Assembly: GCA_017608235.1 (NCBI GenBank)
Contig: JAFCGI010000001.1
Span: 74,651 to 138,650 of the forward strand
DNA length: 64,000 nt
Source of the DNA: Candidatus Pacearchaeota archaeon
GTDB taxonomy: Archaea > Nanobdellota > Nanobdellia > UBA10117 > JAFCGI01
Reading direction: 5' to 3'
Below the pieces are notes generated by a model. The model was not told the DNA's origin. It was given only the letters and a program-made list of their open reading frames with translations, and did no database searches. Shown here piece after piece: positions 59,007-64,000 of this stretch; the stretch's first letter is position 1, and each line of letters begins with the position of its first letter. Both the position numbers and the translations under genes were made by a program.

Positions 59007-62000
59007 AGAGTTTAGAGTTTTAGTTTTAGTATTATTGTTAGTGATAGGTTCTGCATTGTTTTCTATAGATAGACTTTCTTTGGATAAAGGCATAACAGAA
59101 CAAGTAACAAGATCAGAGATAACTGGGTTTGCAAGTTACAATTATGGAGATTGTGATGATGATAATCATGCATTCTGTACTTTGTATGGTGTGCCATGTA
59201 GGATAAGCTATAATGGAGATAAACATTGTGCTTTAGACGCTAATGATTGTGTAGATGGAGATTATAGTTATGAGCATAATGCTACTAATTTTGAAACTAA
59301 TATAGCAGATGCAGATACTACTGGATATTTGTGTAGGTATGGGCATTGGGGAGAAGATCCATTTGATAGTGCTACACCTGAAGAAACATTTATTGAATAT
59401 CAGTTTACAACCAGCGGAGAAAAAGGAGTTGGAAGTATTATTGTTCCAAGGGGCGCAGAAGTGTATCATGCTAGTATGAGTATTGCTGGGCCAACAGAGA
59501 GTCCTGTACCGCTAGCTCCTGGAATTGATATTGGATATGATGATGAGTATGAATATAGTAGTTTCTATGATTTGATTGTAGAGAACGGAGATGAGAAATT
59601 AGATGGCTATGATTTTGTTTTTGTTGGCGATTATGATTCTGAGGAGTATGGGTATAATTTATGGTTTACTCCAATAACTAGCTTTGCTATGAAAGGCATT
59701 ATCTTAAATGCAAAAAGAATAGGCACATTTAGCCCAGCAACAGGAACTTTGGAGGTTTGTAAAGTAAGTTCAAAATGGACTGATTCTTGTTATACAAATA
59801 GCAATACTAGCTTTACTTTAAATTATAGCAATATTGGCACTAGTGAGAATTATTATTATGTGCCTTTTGATGGAGGAGGTAGCTATACATTTAGTCAGGG
59901 TGATACTTTCTATTTGAAGTTTAAATTCCCAGATTGGGCAGATGGATCTGGTAATGATTATATTTTGATAGATGCAGGATCTCCTGTAAATCAACATGGC
60001 AGCTTATATACTTCGAGTAGTGGTTTAGCTGATTATAAAACATATATTCCAGAAATTAGATTTATACATGATATAGATGGAGTTACTGGAACAAAAGGAG
60101 TTTATCTAACTAAAGAAAAATCTCCAGAATCTTTTACATTTACAGAAACACTTGATGAATTAGTAGATGCATGTAATTGTACTGCTTGTACACTTACTGG
60201 TGGAGGAGAATATTGTTCTGTTCCAATAAAAGTTATTAATCATAATACTGGAAATATTACATTATATAATTTAAATATTGGATATACTGTATTGGGTATA
60301 GCTTTAGATGATGCTAATGTTACTATTGATACTCCTGTTACTCTTACAACAAATAGAGCAAATACTTATGTGAATATAACTGGACCAAATAATTTTAGTT
60401 ATGCAGATAAATTTTCAGGATCGCTAACATTTGTTCCGAGAAATGTTGGAACTTATAATATAGATGGATATATTACTTTAGATGGTACTTCAGGCGGGGA
60501 AATTATAGATGAGTATAGTACTAATATAAATGTTACTTATGAACCTAATATTGATTTAGAAATTTCTCCAAGATATGGAGTTAAAAATTCTTGGGTTACA
60601 TTATCTGTGGATACAGATGTAAAGTATCCAGCAAATATTACTGGAGAGGTAGATGGTGATGTTATAAATATAGAAGAGATTACTGGTAGTTGTACTAATA
60701 AAACAGATAGCATGACTGGAGAAGAATATGAAGAATGTATACTATCTGAAACTGGTAGTGGATTTGTTACAAGTGATACTGCTAGTGTAAAAAGCTATCT
60801 TGCTGAAGTAACTCTTTTAGATAGTAAATATGGAGTTACAGCATATGAGAATAAAACTTTCTATATATATGATGAAAAAAATATAACATTCAGAGTAGAA
60901 GATGGTAATGATAGTGATGTTACAAGAGAAATTGGTTTTGGAATAGATACAGAAGATTCCAGTGAGACAGGGTTGTTAGAAAATATAACTGGTACTAAAG
61001 TAATAAATATTGCAGATGTAGCAGGAGTTGATTATTCTGTTGAATTGATTAGGACTGGAAATCCAGAAATGAAAGTTGTGTTTAATGAAGTGACTATTGC
61101 AGATAATATGGAGATTGTAACAGAATACCTAACAGATAAACAAGAAGGAGAATCTTTGTTATTACATAATATATTAACCTTTAATCCAGACTTTACATAT
61201 TCTAATTTCAATTTATATGTAGATTATGATAATGTGTCTAGTAGTATAGAGTTAGATGATGTTGACTTGTATGGATGCAGTGATTGGAGCTATACTGGAG
61301 ATTATTGTGTTAATTCTTGGACTAAATTGTCTGGAGTTAAGCAGACAAGCGGAGATGATATTGTAATTACAAAATCAGGAGTTACTGGATATGAAGCATT
61401 TGCATTTGCTGAAGAATTCTCAGACTCTGATGCGCCTAGTGTAACTTTAACTTCACCAACTGATGCATCTACATATAATTCGAAACAAGTAACATTGCAA
61501 TTTAGTGTTTCAGATAATCGTGATACTGCACCAGAATGTAAATATTATATAAATAATGTTGAAACTGATGCTGGGGAGATTAGTAGTGGCTCATTTTCAA
61601 CTACTTTATTATTAGAGGATGGATCTAGTTATAATGCATATGTTAAGTGTACTGATGATTCTAATAATGAAGGAACATCTAATTTAGTATTCTTTGATAT
61701 TAATACTACATTTATTTGTGATATTGGAGAATTAGAGATTGTAGATGTTGATCTATCTACTAATTATGATTCTTTAACTCCAGGGGATATTTTAGACATA
61801 GAAGCACAAGTAGAAAATACTTGGGACAGAGATATGGATGTTAGATTATTTGCTGAATTATTTGATACTACAGATGGAATTGTTATTGGTGATGATAATA
61901 AGACTGAAAAAATTGAAATTAATGAAGATGATGAAGAAACTCTGGAGCTAAGTTTAGAAGTTCCTATTGATATTAATGAAGATCATGAATATACTGTAAG

Positions 62001-63579
62001 ATTAAAAGCTTACAAATCTGGTGATGAAAATGAACATTGTGATGGAAGAACAATCTGGGTTGATATTGAAAGAGAAGAATATGATATTTTAATTGATGAA
62101 ATAGAGATGGATCCTTCTGAACCTTACTGTGGACAGTACTTTGATTTAAAAGTGCAAGTGATTAATACTGGAGATAAAAGAGCAGAAGATATTGTAGTGG
62201 ATGTTTATTCAACGGAACTAGGAATAGGGGATGCAACTGATGAGTTTAATCTTGGTTCTGGAAGTACCAAAACTGCTAAGTTTGAAGACTTTAGAATTCC
62301 AGATGATGTGGAAGGAGGAGAATATTCATTTAGTATCAAAGCAGAATTTAATGAAACATTTGATTCTGAAATATTCTATTTTGATGTTGATGAATGTATT
62401 ACAGGAACAGCAATATCTACAGAACAGGAATTTAATAATATTGATTTCACAGCAGATCGTGGAAAGCAATTAACTCTTAGTAAGAGTGATATTCCTATTA
62501 CTAAAGTTACTATAATTCCTTTAGCTAGTTATAATGATGTAGATATTAAGATATCATCATTATTTGGAAGGCCAAGCAATATTCCTTTACCTAGCGGAGA
62601 GATCTATAGATACATCAAGACATTTAGTGATATTCCTGATTCTAAGATCAAGAATGTGAAATTTGAATTTAGGATTAAGAAGTCTTGGGCTATCCTGAAG
62701 AATATTGATAAGAATTCAGTGATCTTGAAGAGATATTATTCTGGGGCTTGGTCATCATTATCAACAACTCTGGAGAGAGAGGATACAAGTTATTATTATT
62801 ATAGTGCAGAGAGTCCAGGAATGAGTGTGTTTGCTATTTCAGCAGCTACAACAGGAGTGGCTTGTGGAAACAACATAAAAGAATCTGGTGAGGATTGTGA
62901 TGGTACAGATGATGCTGCTTGTCCAGGAAAATGTAGATCAGATTGTACTTGCTCTTTGATTACTGGTGTGGGAGTTTGTGGAAATAACATAAAAGAATCT
63001 GGTGAAGAATGTGATGGTCTAGATGATTTTAATTGTCCAGGAAAATGTTTGGATGATAAATGTATTTGCAGCACAGCACCAAGCGTATGTGGAAACAACA
63101 TTCAAGAATCTGGCGAAGAATGTGATGGAACAGATTCCAGATTGTGTCCAGGAGCTTGTACTCCATCGTGCAATTGTCTATATGTGTGTGGAGATGGAGT
63201 TTGTGAGAGCGGTGCTGGAGAAACTACTAGTAATTGCCCATCAGACTGTAAAGGGTTAGGTTTTAGTTTCTGGCTGATAACAGTATTGGTGATGCTAGCA
63301 GGATTAGGTGCTGGTGGATACTATGTATATGACAAGTTCTTCAGAGGCATGGGAAAGATGGAGGAAATGTCTTTGACTGGCATGCCTGGAGCTGTTTCAA
63401 AAAGAATGCCTGGCCGTACAGTTAAGGAAGAAGGACTTGATACTCAGCAGATGAGTAATTATATTGAAAGTACTAGAAGGCAAGGCTATACTGGTGCTCA
63501 GATCAAGGAAGCATTATTGAAAGCTGGCTGGGATCCAAAGATAGTAGATTTAGAGCTTAGAAAAAGGAGGTTATTATGA
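58990..63579 (+). CDS. Large acidic cell-surface glycoprotein: Ig/CARDB-like domains, PGF-pre-PGF-like domain, Cys-rich repeats, C-terminal TM anchor
   Basis: N-terminal hydrophobic segment, DAPSVTLTSP, VINTG..AEDI, F.I.KSW...Y.AESPGMSVFAI, CGNN repeats, C-terminal TM. Confidence 0.8.
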   Translation: MMTLNKEFRVLVLVLLLVIGSALFSIDRLSLDKGITEQVTRSEITGFASYNYGDCDDDNHAFCTLYGVPCRISYNGDKHCALDANDCVDGDYSYEHNATNFETNIADADTTGYLCRYGHWGEDPFDSATPEETFIEYQFTTSGEKGVGSIIVPRGAEVYHASMSIAGPTESPVPLAPGIDIGYDDEYEYSSFYDLIVENGDEKLDGYDFVFVGDYDSEEYGYNLWFTPITSFAMKGIILNAKRIGTFSPATGTLEVCKVSSKWTDSCYTNSNTSFTLNYSNIGTSENYYYVPFDGGGSYTFSQGDTFYLKFKFPDWADGSGNDYILIDAGSPVNQHGSLYTSSSGLADYKTYIPEIRFIHDIDGVTGTKGVYLTKEKSPESFTFTETLDELVDACNCTACTLTGGGEYCSVPIKVINHNTGNITLYNLNIGYTVLGIALDDANVTIDTPVTLTTNRANTYVNITGPNNFSYADKFSGSLTFVPRNVGTYNIDGYITLDGTSGGEIIDEYSTNINVTYEPNIDLEISPRYGVKNSWVTLSVDTDVKYPANITGEVDGDVINIEEITGSCTNKTDSMTGEEYEECILSETGSGFVTSDTASVKSYLAEVTLLDSKYGVTAYENKTFYIYDEKNITFRVEDGNDSDVTREIGFGIDTEDSSETGLLENITGTKVINIADVAGVDYSVELIRTGNPEMKVVFNEVTIADNMEIVTEYLTDKQEGESLLLHNILTFNPDFTYSNFNLYVDYDNVSSSIELDDVDLYGCSDWSYTGDYCVNSWTKLSGVKQTSGDDIVITKSGVTGYEAFAFAEEFSDSDAPSVTLTSPTDASTYNSKQVTLQFSVSDNRDTAPECKYYINNVETDAGEISSGSFSTTLLLEDGSSYNAYVKCTDDSNNEGTSNLVFFDINTTFICDIGELEIVDVDLSTNYDSLTPGDILDIEAQVENTWDRDMDVRLFAELFDTTDGIVIGDDNKTEKIEINEDDEETLELSLEVPIDINEDHEYTVRLKAYKSGDENEHCDGRTIWVDIEREEYDILIDEIEMDPSEPYCGQYFDLKVQVINTGDKRAEDIVVDVYSTELGIGDATDEFNLGSGSTKTAKFEDFRIPDDVEGGEYSFSIKAEFNETFDSEIFYFDVDECITGTAISTEQEFNNIDFTADRGKQLTLSKSDIPITKVTIIPLASYNDVDIKISSLFGRPSNIPLPSGEIYRYIKTFSDIPDSKIKNVKFEFRIKKSWAILKNIDKNSVILKRYYSGAWSSLSTTLEREDTSYYYYSAESPGMSVFAISAATTGVACGNNIKESGEDCDGTDDAACPGKCRSDCTCSLITGVGVCGNNIKESGEECDGLDDFNCPGKCLDDKCICSTAPSVCGNNIQESGEECDGTDSRLCPGACTPSCNCLYVCGDGVCESGAGETTSNCPSDCKGLGFSFWLITVLVMLAGLGAGGYYVYDKFFRGMGKMEEMSLTGMPGAVSKRMPGRTVKEEGLDTQQMSNYIESTRRQGYTGAQIKEALLKAGWDPKIVDLELRKRRLL
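62863..63250 (+). repeat. Three intragenic Cys-rich repeats (CGNNIxESGExCDG...CPGxC) plus one CGDGVC..GE...CPSDC
   Basis: Visible at both protein and DNA level (TGTGGAAAYAACAT..AAGAATCTGG). Confidence 0.9.
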
Positions 63580-63665
63580 GCAATTGTTCTATTTTTATGA
63601 GTGAAAGAGAAAAAGAAGTAGACTATTTGTTGAACAATTGTTCTATTTTTGGATATGTTTGTTAA
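63576..63665 (+). CDS. Putative 29-aa small ORF MSNCSIFMSEREKEVDYLLNNCSIFGYVC
   Basis: ATGA overlap with the upstream stop; GGAGG 5 nt before the ATG. Confidence 0.3.
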   Translation: MSNCSIFMSEREKEVDYLLNNCSIFGYVC

Positions 63666-63843
63666 GAGCTTTTTGAAGATCTTTAGATCATTAGATATGG
63701 AAAATGGAGATAGATATAGATTGAAATGGTATATTCAAAAATAAAAAGGTTACAATCTCAAATGAAATCATATAGGAAGTATAAAGATAAATATCTTTAT
63801 ATATACAAGAATAATAATAGTAAAGGAGGCACTCAAATCGAAA

Positions 63844-64000
63844 ATGGTTAGTAAGCAGGCTGTAAATATATCTATAGTTATAATAGGATTCTTTATGCTG
63901 TTTTTAATAATAGCTTTGCCAAGCGTAATTGCAGATGTTCCAAGGACTTTTTCTTTGCAAGGAAGATTAACTGATTCTAGTGGGTTAGCCTTGAATGGAA
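63844..64000 (+). CDS. Secreted protein, N-terminal fragment (runs off window)
   Basis: GGAGG upstream; signal peptide then ADVPRTFSLQGRLTDSSG. Confidence 0.7.
   Translation, partial: MVSKQAVNISIVIIGFFMLFLIIALPSVIADVPRTFSLQGRLTDSSGLALNG

Noticed and set aside
308-63259. Many short ORFs in the track lying antisense or out-of-frame within long genes (e.g. 1270-1674, 11757-12182, 40892-41521, 48719-49261, 50502-51041, 58707-59093, 62799-63101)
   Set aside because: Shadow ORFs of well-supported genes; F/L/I/S-rich composition expected from antisense Lys-rich codons
1-64000. CRISPR array or cas genes
   Set aside because: No regularly spaced repeats with spacers; the repeats found have only 2-4 copies

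Overview
AT-rich archaeal chromosome segment. Evidence: AglB, thermosome, archaeal DnaG, class I CCA enzyme, BRE/TATA promoters and BHB tRNA introns; the protein style suggests a DPANN/Nanoarchaeota-Woesearchaeota-like lineage (inference). In order: (1) 1-18.3 kb surface-glycosylation locus around aglB, with two DegT-family aminotransferases, gmd, GT2/GT4 glycosyltransferases, an AsnB-type amidotransferase, a B12-radical SAM enzyme, two paralogous GT-C-like membrane proteins and two decayed genes; (2) secF-secD and trmI; (3) a 15 kb type IV pilus locus with an intein-interrupted ATPase, two platform proteins and about 16 class III signal-peptide proteins, 13 of them in one tandem array that mixes archaeal-type and bacterial FTxxE-type pilin N-termini; (4) housekeeping genes (thermosome, dnaG, cca, rqcH, smc-scpA-scpB, aspS, rnhB) surrounding a translationally coupled retropepsin + RimK ligase + MATCAP/DUF1704-like carboxypeptidase operon, a candidate writer/eraser peptide-tailing system; (5) an initiator tRNA-Met with two 32-nt introns next to a decayed LAGLIDADG gene, tRNA-Leu(CAA), an RCK channel lacking the GYG filter, and a 1529-aa surface protein. 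All calls come from motif recognition by eye; no database searches were run.
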